Assembly (NCBI GenBank): GCA_937995665.1
Contig: CALKIX010000040.1
Coordinates: 1-47,683 of the forward strand
Direction of reading: 5' to 3'
Length of the DNA stretch: 47,683 nucleotides
Origin: an uncultured Hellea sp.
GTDB taxonomy: Bacteria > Pseudomonadota > Alphaproteobacteria > Caulobacterales > Maricaulaceae
Shown here one piece after another: positions 18,593 to 28,610 of the stretch; positions within the stretch are counted from its first letter, which is position 1; each line of letters begins with the position of its first letter. Below the pieces are notes generated by a model. That model ran no database searches and was not told the origin of the DNA. It saw nothing but the letters and a program-made list of their open reading frames with translations. The translations under genes were made by a program, and so were the position numbers.

Positions 18593-18621
18593 TTGCAAAT
18601 AGCCAGATTAAGCTTTATACC
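18593..18621 (+). promoter_or_regulatory. Putative sigma70 promoter for gltDB
   Basis: TTGCAA-N17-TATACC, preceded by an AT-rich tract. Confidence 0.4.
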
Positions 18622-18659
18622 CCGCCCTCGCGCAATCCAAACATGTGATGCAAAGATGA

Positions 18660-20099
18660 ATGGGAAAGACTATGCCAAGTAAAATGCTACAATTCGTCGA
18701 AACCGATAGGGATATGCCCGAAAAACGCGTCGCTGAGACGCGTAAAGAAGACTTTCTAGAGATTTATGGCGACTATATTGACGCCAAAGCCAAAGAGCAG
18801 GCCTCACGCTGTTCGCAATGCGGCGTACCATTTTGCCAAAATCACTGCCCTCTGGATAATAATATACCTGATTGGCTCAAATTAACCGCCGAGGGCCGTG
18901 TTGAGGAAGCCTACCGCGTTTCTTCCGCCACCAATAATATGCCAGAGATTTGCGGCCGTATTTGCCCCCAAGACCGTCTTTGCGAAGGCTCTTGCGTGAT
19001 TGAGCAATCTGGCCACGGCACAGTAACCATCGGCTCTGTGGAGCGTTTCATTACGGATACGGCATGGAAAGAGGGCTGGATTGAGCCGATTAAGCCGCGC
19101 AAAGAGCGACCTTTATCTGTCGGTATTATTGGCGCGGGCCCCGCTGGCCTTGCCGCCGCTGAGGAATTGCGTCAGCTCGGCTGGCAAGTCACGGTCTATG
19201 ACCGCCATGACCGCGCGGGCGGGCTTCTAATTTATGGCATCCCGAACTTTAAGCTCGATAAAGAAATCGTTCAGCGCCGCACAAAGCGTCTTGAGGACGG
19301 GGGCATTGAATTTGTTCTAGGCTGCGATGTGGGCGTTGACATTACATTTGATAAGCTGCGCGAAAAGCACCAAGCGGTGCTGATTGCCGCTGGCGTTTAT
19401 AAAGCCCGCGATCTGGATTGCCCGGGCGCAGGCGCCAAGGGCGTGACCCCTGCCCTGCCTTTCTTAATTGAAAGCAATCGCCGCGGCCTTGGCGATAAAG
19501 TCAGCGGCGAGACTGCCGAAGGTAAAAACGTTGTTGTCATTGGCGGCGGCGATACGGCCATGGATTGCGTGCGTACAGCTGTGCGCCAAGGCGCAAAATC
19601 TGTGACTTGCCTTTACCGCCGTGACCAAACCAATATGCCTGGCTCTGCCCGCGAGACAAAGAATGCCCAAGAAGAGGGCGTAACGTTTGAATGGCTTGCG
19701 GCCCCCAAAGCTATCCATGATGATGGCGGCACGGCCACAGCCGTGCGCGCGGATAAAATGCGCCTTGGTAAAAAAGATGCCTCTGGCCGCCAAGGCGTCT
19801 CCGCGATTAACGGCGCTGACTTTGACGTCAAAGCTGACCTTGTCATTAAGGCGCTTGGCTTTAGCCCCGAAAACATGAAAGATTTATCCGGCGAGCTGAC
19901 GGTGACGCGCTGGGGCACGCTTCGCGTTAATCCCGTCACCTTTGAAACAAACCTGCCGGGTGTTTACGCGGCGGGCGATATTGTGCGCGGCGCCAGCCTT
20001 GTCGTCTGGGCCATTCGCGAAGGCCGCGACGCCGCCGCCCATATGCATAAATATCTAAAAGCCCAAATGGCCGCCGACGCCAATATCGCTGCGGAATAG
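18660..20099 (+). CDS. gltD: Glutamate synthase (NADPH) small subunit
   Basis: RCSQCGVPFCQNHCP, CGRICPQDRLCEGSC, IIGAGPAGL, IGGGDTAMDC, AGDIVRGASLVVWAIREGR. Start may be 18672. Confidence 0.97.
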   Translation: MGKTMPSKMLQFVETDRDMPEKRVAETRKEDFLEIYGDYIDAKAKEQASRCSQCGVPFCQNHCPLDNNIPDWLKLTAEGRVEEAYRVSSATNNMPEICGRICPQDRLCEGSCVIEQSGHGTVTIGSVERFITDTAWKEGWIEPIKPRKERPLSVGIIGAGPAGLAAAEELRQLGWQVTVYDRHDRAGGLLIYGIPNFKLDKEIVQRRTKRLEDGGIEFVLGCDVGVDITFDKLREKHQAVLIAAGVYKARDLDCPGAGAKGVTPALPFLIESNRRGLGDKVSGETAEGKNVVVIGGGDTAMDCVRTAVRQGAKSVTCLYRRDQTNMPGSARETKNAQEEGVTFEWLAAPKAIHDDGGTATAVRADKMRLGKKDASGRQGVSAINGADFDVKADLVIKALGFSPENMKDLSGELTVTRWGTLRVNPVTFETNLPGVYAAGDIVRGASLVVWAIREGRDAAAHMHKYLKAQMAADANIAAE

Positions 20100-20109
20100 A
20101 GTTAAGATT

Positions 20110-23100
20110 ATGACTGATAAAACAAACGAGAATAACTGGCTTGAAGATTACACACAAAAGCGCGACGCGCTGATTGAAGTGGGGGCCTATAACCCCGCCG
20201 ATGAGCACGCCAATTGCGGCGTAGGACTTGTGGCCTCTATTGACGGGACAGCGCGCCGTGATGTGGTGGAGAAATCCATCCAAGCGCTTAAAAATGTCTG
20301 GCACCGCGGCGCGGTTGATGCAGATGGCAAGACAGGCGATGGGGCCGGTATCCGTCTTGATATTCCGCAGGAATTTTTCCGCGCGCAAGTCGAGCGCACA
20401 GGCCATAAAGCCAGATCCGCTAAAATCGCTGTGGGGATGTTCTTTCTGCCGCGTACAGATTTTGGCGCACAAGAGAAAGCGCGGACAATTGTCGAGACTC
20501 AGCTTTTAAAAGAAGGCTTTTATATTTATGGCTGGCGCCAAGTGCCGATTGATATTGATGTTATTGGCGATAAAGCCAAAGCCACACGCCCTGCCATTGA
20601 GCAGGTTATGTTCCGCGACCCCAAAGGGCGCAAGGGCAATAAGCTCGAGCGCGAGCTTTATATCATTCGCCGCCGCATTGAAAAAGAAGCTATTAAAGCG
20701 CAAATCCCAAGCTTTTACTGCTGCTCGCTCTCTGTTCAGACCATCATCTATAAGGGTATGTTCCTCGCCGAGGACATTGATAACTTTTATCCTGACCTGC
20801 AAGATGAGCGTTTTATCTCGCGCGCTGCGATTTATCATCAGCGCTATTCGACCAATACATTCCCTGAATGGTGGCTCGCGCAGCCTTTCCGCATGCTGGC
20901 CCATAACGGCGAGATTAACACACTAAAGGCCAATTCAAATCACATGAAAAGCCATGAGATTAAAATGGCTAGCACCGCCTTTGGCGAACGCGCCGGTGAT
21001 GTAAAACCTGTCATTCAAAAGGGCAGTTCTGACTCCGCCGCGCTTGATGCCGTCTTCGAATTGCTTGTGCGCGCAGGCCGCACAGCCCCAATGGCCAAAA
21101 CTTTGCTCATCCCAGAAGCCTATTCCAAGCGCGGGGACTTAATGCCCGATAGCTGGCGCTCGCTTTATGAATATTGCAACGCGGTGATGGAGCCATGGGA
21201 CGGCCCTGCCGCAGTCGCGGCCTATGATGGCCGCTGGGTGACATCAGGCCTTGATAGAAACGGGCTGCGTCCTTTGCGTTACGCCATTTCAGAAGACGGT
21301 ATTTTAGCGGTGGGCTCCGAAGCCGGCATGTGCCCGATGAAAGAAGAAGACATTGTCAGAAAAGGCGCAATTAAGCCGGGCCGCATGATTGCTGTCGATT
21401 TGGACGAGGGTAAGTTTTACGACTCTCACGAAATCCTCAATGAGCTGGCCGATAAGCGCCCTTATACAAAGTGGCTCAAAAAAGTCGTCAATCTTGACGA
21501 GAAACTGGCGGGCCCAGAGCCAAAGCCAGACCTTGCGGGCGAAGAGCTTGCGCGCCGTCAGCTCTCTTGCGGGCAAACGCTCGAAGATCTTGAATTAATT
21601 CTCGGGCCAATGGCCGAGCTTGGCAAAGAAACTGTCGGCTCTATGGGGGATGATACGCCTTTGGCTGTCTTGTCTGATATTTACCGCCCGCTTTCGCATT
21701 TCTTCCGTCAAAACTTTAGCCAAGTGACAAACCCGCCCATTGACCCGCTACGCGAGACCCGCGTGATGGGCCTTAAAACGCGCTTTCGTAACCTGCGCAA
21801 TATTCTGGCTGAAGATAGCTCGCAAACAACAGAGATGTTGGTGCTGGACAGCCCCGTTATGACAACGGGTATGCTAAGCCGCTTTAAGAAGCTTGTCGGG
21901 CCAAAGAAAATTCGCGAAATTGATTGCACCTTCGATGTGGCCAATATGCCGGCTACCTCTGGCGGGCGCAGCATTAAAGACCTACTCGCACGCATCAAGG
22001 CCGAAGCCGAAGCCGCGGTTCGCGACGGTGTTGAGAACATCGTCTTAACTGACGAGCACGTCAATGATGACCGCGCTGCCGCACCGATTATCCTTTGCGT
22101 GGGCGCGGTGCAAACCCATCTTGTGGCCGAAGGGCTTCGTTCTTCATGTTCTATCCTTGTGCGCTCTGCGGAGTGTCTGGACACGCATTACTTTGCCGTG
22201 CTTATAGGCGCAGGCGCCACAGCCGTGAACGCCTATATGGCGCAAGATAGCTTGGTTGAGCGCGTCAACCGCGGATTGCTGGATATGGACGCGGATAAAG
22301 CCGTCGCCCAATATAAAAAGGCCATCGAAGGCGGCCTGCTTAAAATCATTTCTAAAATGGGCATCTCGGTTATTTCCTCCTATCGCGGCGGTAATAACTT
22401 CGAAGCATTGGGCCTCTCCCGCGCGCTTGTCGGTGAAAACTTCCCCGGCATGACGTCGCGTATTTCAGGTCTTGGTCTTGCCGGTCTTGAAAATAAAATC
22501 ACTGATATTCACGCGCAAGCTTATGAGCCTGCTGTGGTGCGCCTGCCCGTGGGCGGGCTGTACCGCGTGCGCGCCAAAGGCGAGCGCCATGCTTATCAAG
22601 CCGAGATGATCCACATGCTACAAGAAGCTGTTGGCTCTGGCGATTATGAGCTTTATAAGAAATATGCCAAAGTGGTGAATTCTGAAAAGCCTATTCAAAT
22701 TCGCGATTTGCTGGACATTAAAACGGCAGGCAAACCTTTGCCGCTGCACCGTGTTCAATCTGTCAATGAAATTCGCCGCCGTTTCTGTACGCCCGGCATG
22801 TCGCTCGGCGCGCTCTCGCCCGAGGCGCATGGCACGCTAAATATTGCGATGAACCGTATTGGTGCAAAGTCTGTCTCTGGCGAGGGCGGCGAAGACCGCG
22901 CGCGCTATAATCCACTGCCAAATGGCGATAATCCGAACTCTGCGGTGAAACAAATCGCTTCGGGCCGTTTTGGCGTGACCGCTGAATATCTAAACCAGTG
23001 CCGCGAGATCGAAATTAAAGTCGCCCAAGGCGCGAAACCCGGCGAAGGCGGACAGCTCCCTGGCTTTAAAGTCACAGAGATGATTGCTAAATTCCGTAAT

Positions 23101-24651
23101 GCAACGCCCGGCGTGACGCTTATCTCGCCCCCGCCCCATCACGATATTTATTCTATCGAAGATTTGGCGCAGCTGATTTACGATTTAAAGCAAATCAACC
23201 CAACCGCGCGCGTCGCCGTTAAGCTTGTTGCGTCTTCTGGCGTAGGCACGATTGCTGCGGGCGTGGCCAAAGCCAAAGCCGATACAATTTTGATTGCTGG
23301 CCATAATGGCGGCACAGGTGCCTCGCCTAATACCTCGCTGAAATATGCGGGTATGCCGTGGGAGCTTGGCCTGTCCGAAGCGCATCAAGTCCTCACGCTG
23401 AACAATCTTCGCGGCGATGTAACCTTGCGCACAGATGGCGGGCTGAAAACAGGCCGCGATATTGTCATTGCGGCGCTGCTGGGCGCTGAAGAATATGGTA
23501 TCGGCACGCTGAGCCTTGTTGCTATGGGCTGTATTATGGTGCGTCAGTGCCACTCTAATACATGCCCTGTTGGCGTCTGTGTGCAAGACCCGCGCCTGCG
23601 CGAGAAATTCACAGGTAGCCCAGAGAAAGTTATTAATCTGATGACCTTTATCGCGGAAGATGTGCGCGAAATTCTCTCAGCGCTTGGCGTTGAAACGCTG
23701 GACGAAATTGTAGGCCGCACGGACTTGCTTGCGCAGGTCTCGCGCGGGGCGGAAAACCTTGATGATCTTGACCTTAACCCTGTACTCGCCCGTGTTGATA
23801 ACCGCAAAGTTGCGGATTCGCGCGAGGCCCGTATTGAAGTGCCAGATACTCTGGACGTTCAAATCGTGGCCGATGCGGGACAGTTCTTCCAGCGCGGGGA
23901 GAAAACATCGCTGAGTTATAGTGTCCAAAACACGCACCGCGCTGTGGGCACGCGCACAAGCTCGCATATCTATAAGAGCTTTGGCGCGCAGGGCTTGCCA
24001 GATGGTCAGCTCACCGTCCGCCTTAAAGGCTCAGCCGGTCAATCGCTGGGCGCGTTTGGCATGAACGGGCTGCGCCTTGTTGTTGAAGGCGATGCCAATG
24101 ATTATGTCGGCAAGGGCCTCTCTGGCGCAGAAATCATTGTCATGCCGCAGGGCCGCACACCGATTGAAAGACATGAGAGCGCCATTATCGGCAATACCTG
24201 TCTATATGGGGCGACCAAAGGCACCTTGATGGCCGCGGGCCGCGCGGGCGAGCGCTTCTGCGTTAGAAACTCTGGCGCGATTACAGTGGTCGAAGGCGCG
24301 GGCACAAATGCTTGTGAATATATGACGGGCGGCATCGCCGTTATGCTTGGCTCAGTCGGGGATAACTTTGGCGCGGGCATGACCGGCGGCATGGCCTATG
24401 TCTATGATGAGGACAATATGTTCGAAAAAGCAGTCAATCCTGACAGCGTCGTCTGGCAGCGTTTTGACGCCGAGCATTATGAGCAGCAATGTAAAGACTT
24501 AATCGCTAAACATGCCGAGCAAACAGGCTCTGAGTTCTCCAAAAAGCTTCTCAAAGATTGGGAACTCGAGCGCGGTAAATTCTGGCAGGTCATTCCAAAA
24601 GAAATGCTATCCCGCCTAGAAATCCCGCTGACCCAAGCGGCAGCTGAATAA
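20110..24651 (+). CDS. gltB: Glutamate synthase (NADPH) large subunit
   Basis: CGVG glutaminase start, HRGA..ADGKTGDGAG, HQRYSTNT, AHNGEINT, KQIASGRFGV, AQGAKPGEGGQLPG, CIMVRQCHSNTCPVG, GXGXG repeats. Confidence 0.98.
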   Translation: MTDKTNENNWLEDYTQKRDALIEVGAYNPADEHANCGVGLVASIDGTARRDVVEKSIQALKNVWHRGAVDADGKTGDGAGIRLDIPQEFFRAQVERTGHKARSAKIAVGMFFLPRTDFGAQEKARTIVETQLLKEGFYIYGWRQVPIDIDVIGDKAKATRPAIEQVMFRDPKGRKGNKLERELYIIRRRIEKEAIKAQIPSFYCCSLSVQTIIYKGMFLAEDIDNFYPDLQDERFISRAAIYHQRYSTNTFPEWWLAQPFRMLAHNGEINTLKANSNHMKSHEIKMASTAFGERAGDVKPVIQKGSSDSAALDAVFELLVRAGRTAPMAKTLLIPEAYSKRGDLMPDSWRSLYEYCNAVMEPWDGPAAVAAYDGRWVTSGLDRNGLRPLRYAISEDGILAVGSEAGMCPMKEEDIVRKGAIKPGRMIAVDLDEGKFYDSHEILNELADKRPYTKWLKKVVNLDEKLAGPEPKPDLAGEELARRQLSCGQTLEDLELILGPMAELGKETVGSMGDDTPLAVLSDIYRPLSHFFRQNFSQVTNPPIDPLRETRVMGLKTRFRNLRNILAEDSSQTTEMLVLDSPVMTTGMLSRFKKLVGPKKIREIDCTFDVANMPATSGGRSIKDLLARIKAEAEAAVRDGVENIVLTDEHVNDDRAAAPIILCVGAVQTHLVAEGLRSSCSILVRSAECLDTHYFAVLIGAGATAVNAYMAQDSLVERVNRGLLDMDADKAVAQYKKAIEGGLLKIISKMGISVISSYRGGNNFEALGLSRALVGENFPGMTSRISGLGLAGLENKITDIHAQAYEPAVVRLPVGGLYRVRAKGERHAYQAEMIHMLQEAVGSGDYELYKKYAKVVNSEKPIQIRDLLDIKTAGKPLPLHRVQSVNEIRRRFCTPGMSLGALSPEAHGTLNIAMNRIGAKSVSGEGGEDRARYNPLPNGDNPNSAVKQIASGRFGVTAEYLNQCREIEIKVAQGAKPGEGGQLPGFKVTEMIAKFRNATPGVTLISPPPHHDIYSIEDLAQLIYDLKQINPTARVAVKLVASSGVGTIAAGVAKAKADTILIAGHNGGTGASPNTSLKYAGMPWELGLSEAHQVLTLNNLRGDVTLRTDGGLKTGRDIVIAALLGAEEYGIGTLSLVAMGCIMVRQCHSNTCPVGVCVQDPRLREKFTGSPEKVINLMTFIAEDVREILSALGVETLDEIVGRTDLLAQVSRGAENLDDLDLNPVLARVDNRKVADSREARIEVPDTLDVQIVADAGQFFQRGEKTSLSYSVQNTHRAVGTRTSSHIYKSFGAQGLPDGQLTVRLKGSAGQSLGAFGMNGLRLVVEGDANDYVGKGLSGAEIIVMPQGRTPIERHESAIIGNTCLYGATKGTLMAAGRAGERFCVRNSGAITVVEGAGTNACEYMTGGIAVMLGSVGDNFGAGMTGGMAYVYDEDNMFEKAVNPDSVVWQRFDAEHYEQQCKDLIAKHAEQTGSEFSKKLLKDWELERGKFWQVIPKEMLSRLEIPLTQAAAE

Positions 24652-24669
24652 GCGGCAAGATATAAAATT

Positions 24670-24701
24670 AAAAAAGGCGGGGCCAATGGCTCCGCCTTTT
24701 T
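24670..24701. terminator. Bidirectional intrinsic terminator
   Basis: AAAAAAGGCGGGGCC-AAT-GGCTCCGCCTTTTT between convergent genes. Confidence 0.88.
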
Positions 24702-24723
24702 CTTATCTGGTTTTAGGAGCGGG

Positions 24724-25284
24724 CTATTTCACAACTTCCTGAGCGTCCATCAAAATTAATGTCTCGCCATTGGGCATAAGCTTCATATTCGCATTTGGCT
24801 TTGAAGCGGTGGGCGCGCCGACTTGAACGGCAATACCGAAAATCCGCGGCTCGCCTTTATCTGTTAGCGCCCTTACATTGATATAATGGCGGCCATTACC
24901 ATTGGCAGTGACGCTCACATCAATGACGTGGCTATCTCCATCACTCATATCAATGCGCAGCTGATCGGCGGGGGTGAAGAGCGAAATAGCACCTTCCGCT
25001 GCAATTTTCACATCAAGCTGGCCAGCGCTGTAAGCCTCATCCAGTATAAGCTGAAAAGTCTCCGTCTCGCCAATCTCTAACCTAGGCTTTAGGTTATGGC
25101 TATAAGAGACCGAGGCCCCGGGCTTTAGGTAGCCAATAGGCGCGCTGTAACCCGCCTTCAGTTTTATATTATCACCATGGCTATGGCTTTGCCCATATGG
25201 TTTTGCAAATGCGGGGCCTGCCAGTCCGAGCAAAGATGCGGTGAAAAGGGCGGTCAATATCGTTCTAACATGTCTCATGGTCAA
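24724..25284 (-). CDS. Secreted hypothetical protein (predicted beta-rich), partner of the upstream peptidase
   Basis: Signal peptide ending AFA; AAGGA RBS; starts 9 nt after the peptidase stop. Confidence 0.8.
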   Translation of the reverse strand: MTMRHVRTILTALFTASLLGLAGPAFAKPYGQSHSHGDNIKLKAGYSAPIGYLKPGASVSYSHNLKPRLEIGETETFQLILDEAYSAGQLDVKIAAEGAISLFTPADQLRIDMSDGDSHVIDVSVTANGNGRHYINVRALTDKGEPRIFGIAVQVGAPTASKPNANMKLMPNGETLILMDAQEVVK

Positions 25285-25293
25285 TATCCTTGG

Positions 25294-27495
25294 CTATCGC
25301 GTGACAGTAAAATTATAACAGGAATCCCCGCGCGTGCCTGTAATGCCCAGATTGAAGAAATCATAAGCATCAACCCTATGAAGTCCTGCGGCAAGGCTAA
25401 TGGAGGCCTGCTCTGTATCCGTATCACCAGATTCCGCGACACCTAAAAACGTCTCATTTCTATAGACCAAAAAGTCGGGGTCTCGGTTCGTTGCCGTTGA
25501 TGTGGCCGCATTCCGCGTCATGGTCAGCGTATGAGCGCCTGGGGCTGTCACATTAAAGGCCACATAGGCGCGGTTTCCAAGCATGTTATATGTGCCTTGA
25601 TCATCGACTGAGCAGATTTCAACAGGGCCACCATTCACGTTAACGACATTGTAAACAGGCAGAGCGCTAGGAACTGTCCCATTTGACGTCTCGCCTGCTC
25701 CATCAGGCCCTATCCCATTGACATTTCTATCGGCCGCCAAAACATCAATCGCGGCAGCATTGGCCGGGAACTGCGTTTTAAACTCATCCAGATAGGCAAA
25801 TATCGTCGTGAAATATGGCGTTTCCTTATAGCTATCGCTGACAAAGACATCATAGATAGGGCCAATACCCAAAGAGAGCGTATCGCCCCCATCACTCGCA
25901 CTATCAAAAATATCATATAAAATTGACTGCACCGAGGTCTCATTAAACCAGCCTTCTTGCCCGACATCATTGTCTTCGACATCAAGGGCAAAACCGCTTG
26001 CTTGGCCCGCATCATCGCTATCCCTATATACAGAATCGCCAATAATCATACCCGAGAGCGCATTGCCAAAACCTTCGCCCATCGCCACGCGCGGATCGAG
26101 CCTATCCTCGCCCCCATGCGACCCACCAATAGAGTCAGAGCGCGAGAGCTGGTCTTCAAAATAATGCCCCCATTCATGCACGACGACATGAATATCATAT
26201 TCATCCGTGTCATTATTTTCAGCGCCCAGAATATAGATATCGCCATTGCCCCGATACGAGGATGTCGTAATTTCGCCGTTCGCGAGGGTGCCTGAAACAG
26301 GAATGTTATTCACGCTCCAGTTAAATTTAGCGAGCGGGAAAACGACATCAGGGTCATGAGCCGCAATCTGTGTGACGGCGTCATAAATCGGGTCCATAAT
26401 GGCAAAGGGCGCGGCTTGGCGCGGGCTAGTATAGCTCGAGCCGCCCCAACCAGAACCCGCATTTAAATCGCGTGTTGAATCGGCTGTGCCCGAACTTTGT
26501 AGCGCCCCTTGCAGGGCATATAATGCATCTGAGTTGGTGTTATCTTGCACGCGCACATTCCATTGGGCGCCTGATGTTTGTACCATTTCAGCTTTAATTC
26601 GCACCCTTACATTTGCATTGGGATCAAGCTCAAAACTATAAGCGCCAGTGGCATCTGTTTTAGTGATGTCCAAGACTGTGCCCGAAGCATCAACCAGCTC
26701 GGCTGTGGCGCCGCGAATAGGACGCTGCTGAATAGAGTCGTAATCTAAAGCCGTTGGGAAAACACGAAAAGTGCTAGAATTTGAAATGTGAGGCACAAAG
26801 TCATAAGTCGCTGTGCCGCTAAGTGTCACTGTGGCAGGCGCAAGACTAACCGTAAATGTTTCCATTGAGACATTGCCGGCTGAGTCAGTCGCACTGACCG
26901 TACACACAGTCGTCGTGGCGACCGTCACCACTGGCGCGGTAAAGACGCCATTGGCAAAGCTGCCGCCATTACTGCAGCTCACCGTCGGCCCACTCGCCAC
27001 GCCGCCGTTATCGGTCGCCGTAATTGTCAAAGGCGCGCTTTCCCCTGACGCCAAATTAAAGCTTGATTGCGATACAGTTAAGGTCGGCCCGCTCAAATCG
27101 GGCGTCATAGTCACGGTCAGAGTGGCTGTGCCTTCATTACCCGCCGCGTCTTGGGCGGTGGCGGTGCAGACACTGGCCGTATCAGCTGTCACGACTGCGG
27201 CCGTAAACACGCCTGCTGAAAAGCTCCCGCCATTGGTGCAAGTCACGCTCGGCCCGCTTGTAATGCCGACATTATCGCTGCTGCTGAGCACGATGGACTG
27301 TGATTGCCCAGAGACTACGCTAGTCGTGCTAGGGTTAAAATTAAGGGTTGGCGCAGTGTTATCCGCAACAGGTGGCGGAGGAGGAGGTGGCGATGTCGTC
27401 CCCCCAGATGAACTGCCTCCGCCGCCGCAAGCGGTAAACCCAACTGAAAAAAGAGCAACAATTACCGAATGGCTGACACTGTGTTTAATATTCAA
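25294..27495 (-). CDS. Lipoprotein zinc metallopeptidase-like protein with tandem Ig-like repeats
   Basis: TTG start 27495 after AGGAGAG; lipobox FTAC; Gly/Ser and poly-Pro linker; two Ig-like repeats; VVVHEWGH followed by AMGEGFGN; C-terminal PPC-like segment (DPDFLVY...GLHRVD). Confidence 0.78.
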   Translation of the reverse strand: MNIKHSVSHSVIVALFSVGFTACGGGGSSSGGTTSPPPPPPPVADNTAPTLNFNPSTTSVVSGQSQSIVLSSSDNVGITSGPSVTCTNGGSFSAGVFTAAVVTADTASVCTATAQDAAGNEGTATLTVTMTPDLSGPTLTVSQSSFNLASGESAPLTITATDNGGVASGPTVSCSNGGSFANGVFTAPVVTVATTTVCTVSATDSAGNVSMETFTVSLAPATVTLSGTATYDFVPHISNSSTFRVFPTALDYDSIQQRPIRGATAELVDASGTVLDITKTDATGAYSFELDPNANVRVRIKAEMVQTSGAQWNVRVQDNTNSDALYALQGALQSSGTADSTRDLNAGSGWGGSSYTSPRQAAPFAIMDPIYDAVTQIAAHDPDVVFPLAKFNWSVNNIPVSGTLANGEITTSSYRGNGDIYILGAENNDTDEYDIHVVVHEWGHYFEDQLSRSDSIGGSHGGEDRLDPRVAMGEGFGNALSGMIIGDSVYRDSDDAGQASGFALDVEDNDVGQEGWFNETSVQSILYDIFDSASDGGDTLSLGIGPIYDVFVSDSYKETPYFTTIFAYLDEFKTQFPANAAAIDVLAADRNVNGIGPDGAGETSNGTVPSALPVYNVVNVNGGPVEICSVDDQGTYNMLGNRAYVAFNVTAPGAHTLTMTRNAATSTATNRDPDFLVYRNETFLGVAESGDTDTEQASISLAAGLHRVDAYDFFNLGITGTRGDSCYNFTVTR
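26836..27363 (-). repeat. Two tandem 88-codon Ig/HYR-like repeats inside the peptidase gene
   Basis: DNTAPTL...SDNVGITSGPSVTCTNGGSFSAGVFTA...VCTATAQDAAGN versus DLSGPTL...TDNGGVASGPTVSCSNGGSFANGVFTA...VCTVSATDSAGN; 264-nt period. Confidence 0.85.
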
Positions 27496-27704
27496 GTTAG
27501 GCTCTCCTGCAAGATATGCCGAATGCCCCATTCAGCCAGATAGTCTTAGCATTAGGGTACAAATGTCAATAAGAGGTTACAGCTAAGCCACAGATGACAG
27601 GTCTGCCAAGATTACACCCACACCGTATAATTGCGGATTAAATTTGCTCAAGAAAGCTATCAGCCTATTGCCCATACCGCCCAGATGGGGCAGAAGGCTG
27701 CCCT

Positions 27705-28610
27705 ATGAATTGGCTTACAAAACTCACGCCCCCCGGGGTCAAAGATATTTTTTCCAAAAAGGATACGCCAGATAATCTCTGGATAAAGTGCCCTAAATCT
27801 GGAGAAATGGTCTTCTCTGCGGATTTGCCTGGACTGCTCCATGTGACCCCTGCGGGTCATCATATGCGGATTGGGCCAAAACTGCGTTTGGACTATACTT
27901 TTGATAATGCAGAATATGAGATGATTGCGGTGCCCGATGTCGCGCGCGATCCGCTAAAATTCAAAGATGACCAGAAATATACGGACCGTCTCAAAAAAGC
28001 ACGTCAAAAGACAGGCGACCAAGATGCCATGAGCATTGCTGTTGGCAAAATCTACGGCGTAAAGACCGTTATTCTCGTGCAAAACTTTGCCTTTATGGGC
28101 GGCTCACTTGGCATGGCTGCCGGCGAAGGTTTTATCCAAGCCGCTGAATATGCCCATGAACATAAGCTGCCCCTTGTGATTTTCACAGCGGCCGGCGGCG
28201 CGCGTATGCAAGAAGGCGCGCTCTCGCTCATGCAAATGCCGCGTACAACCATTGCCGTACAAGAGCTGCGCGAAGCGGGTCTGCCTTATATCGTCGTACT
28301 GTGTGACCCAACAACAGGCGGCGTGACCGCCAGCTATGCAATGCTTGGTGATGTTCATCTGGCAGAGCCCGGCGCGCTTATTTGCTTTGCGGGGCCGCGC
28401 GTGATTGAAGAAACTATTCGAGAGAAATTACCCAAAGGTTTTCAGCGGGCAGAATTTTTGCAAGATAAAGGCATGATTGACCGCGTTGTGGCGCGCCGCG
28501 ATATGCGCCGAAGCCTCGCTCAAATTCTGACCGTTCTGACAAAGTCAGATATTAGCTTGCCGCCGGCCAGCAATGCGGCGGAGCGCAGCGCGCAAAACGC
28601 TAATGGCTAA
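27705..28610 (+). CDS. accD: Acetyl-CoA carboxylase carboxyltransferase beta subunit
   Basis: [58 protein letters not shown]. Confidence 0.97.
   Translation: MNWLTKLTPPGVKDIFSKKDTPDNLWIKCPKSGEMVFSADLPGLLHVTPAGHHMRIGPKLRLDYTFDNAEYEMIAVPDVARDPLKFKDDQKYTDRLKKARQKTGDQDAMSIAVGKIYGVKTVILVQNFAFMGGSLGMAAGEGFIQAAEYAHEHKLPLVIFTAAGGARMQEGALSLMQMPRTTIAVQELREAGLPYIVVLCDPTTGGVTASYAMLGDVHLAEPGALICFAGPRVIEETIREKLPKGFQRAEFLQDKGMIDRVVARRDMRRSLAQILTVLTKSDISLPPASNAAERSAQNANG

Noticed and set aside
18660-24651. gltD before gltB as an unusual order
   Set aside because: This order is established in several Alphaproteobacteria.
26813-27586. 257-aa plus-strand ORF and other long antisense ORFs in the track
   Set aside because: Antisense shadows of well-supported genes, with no motifs of their own.
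27780-27870. AccD zinc ribbon with only one Cys
   Set aside because: Degenerate AccD zinc fingers are known in Alphaproteobacteria; the catalytic motifs are intact.
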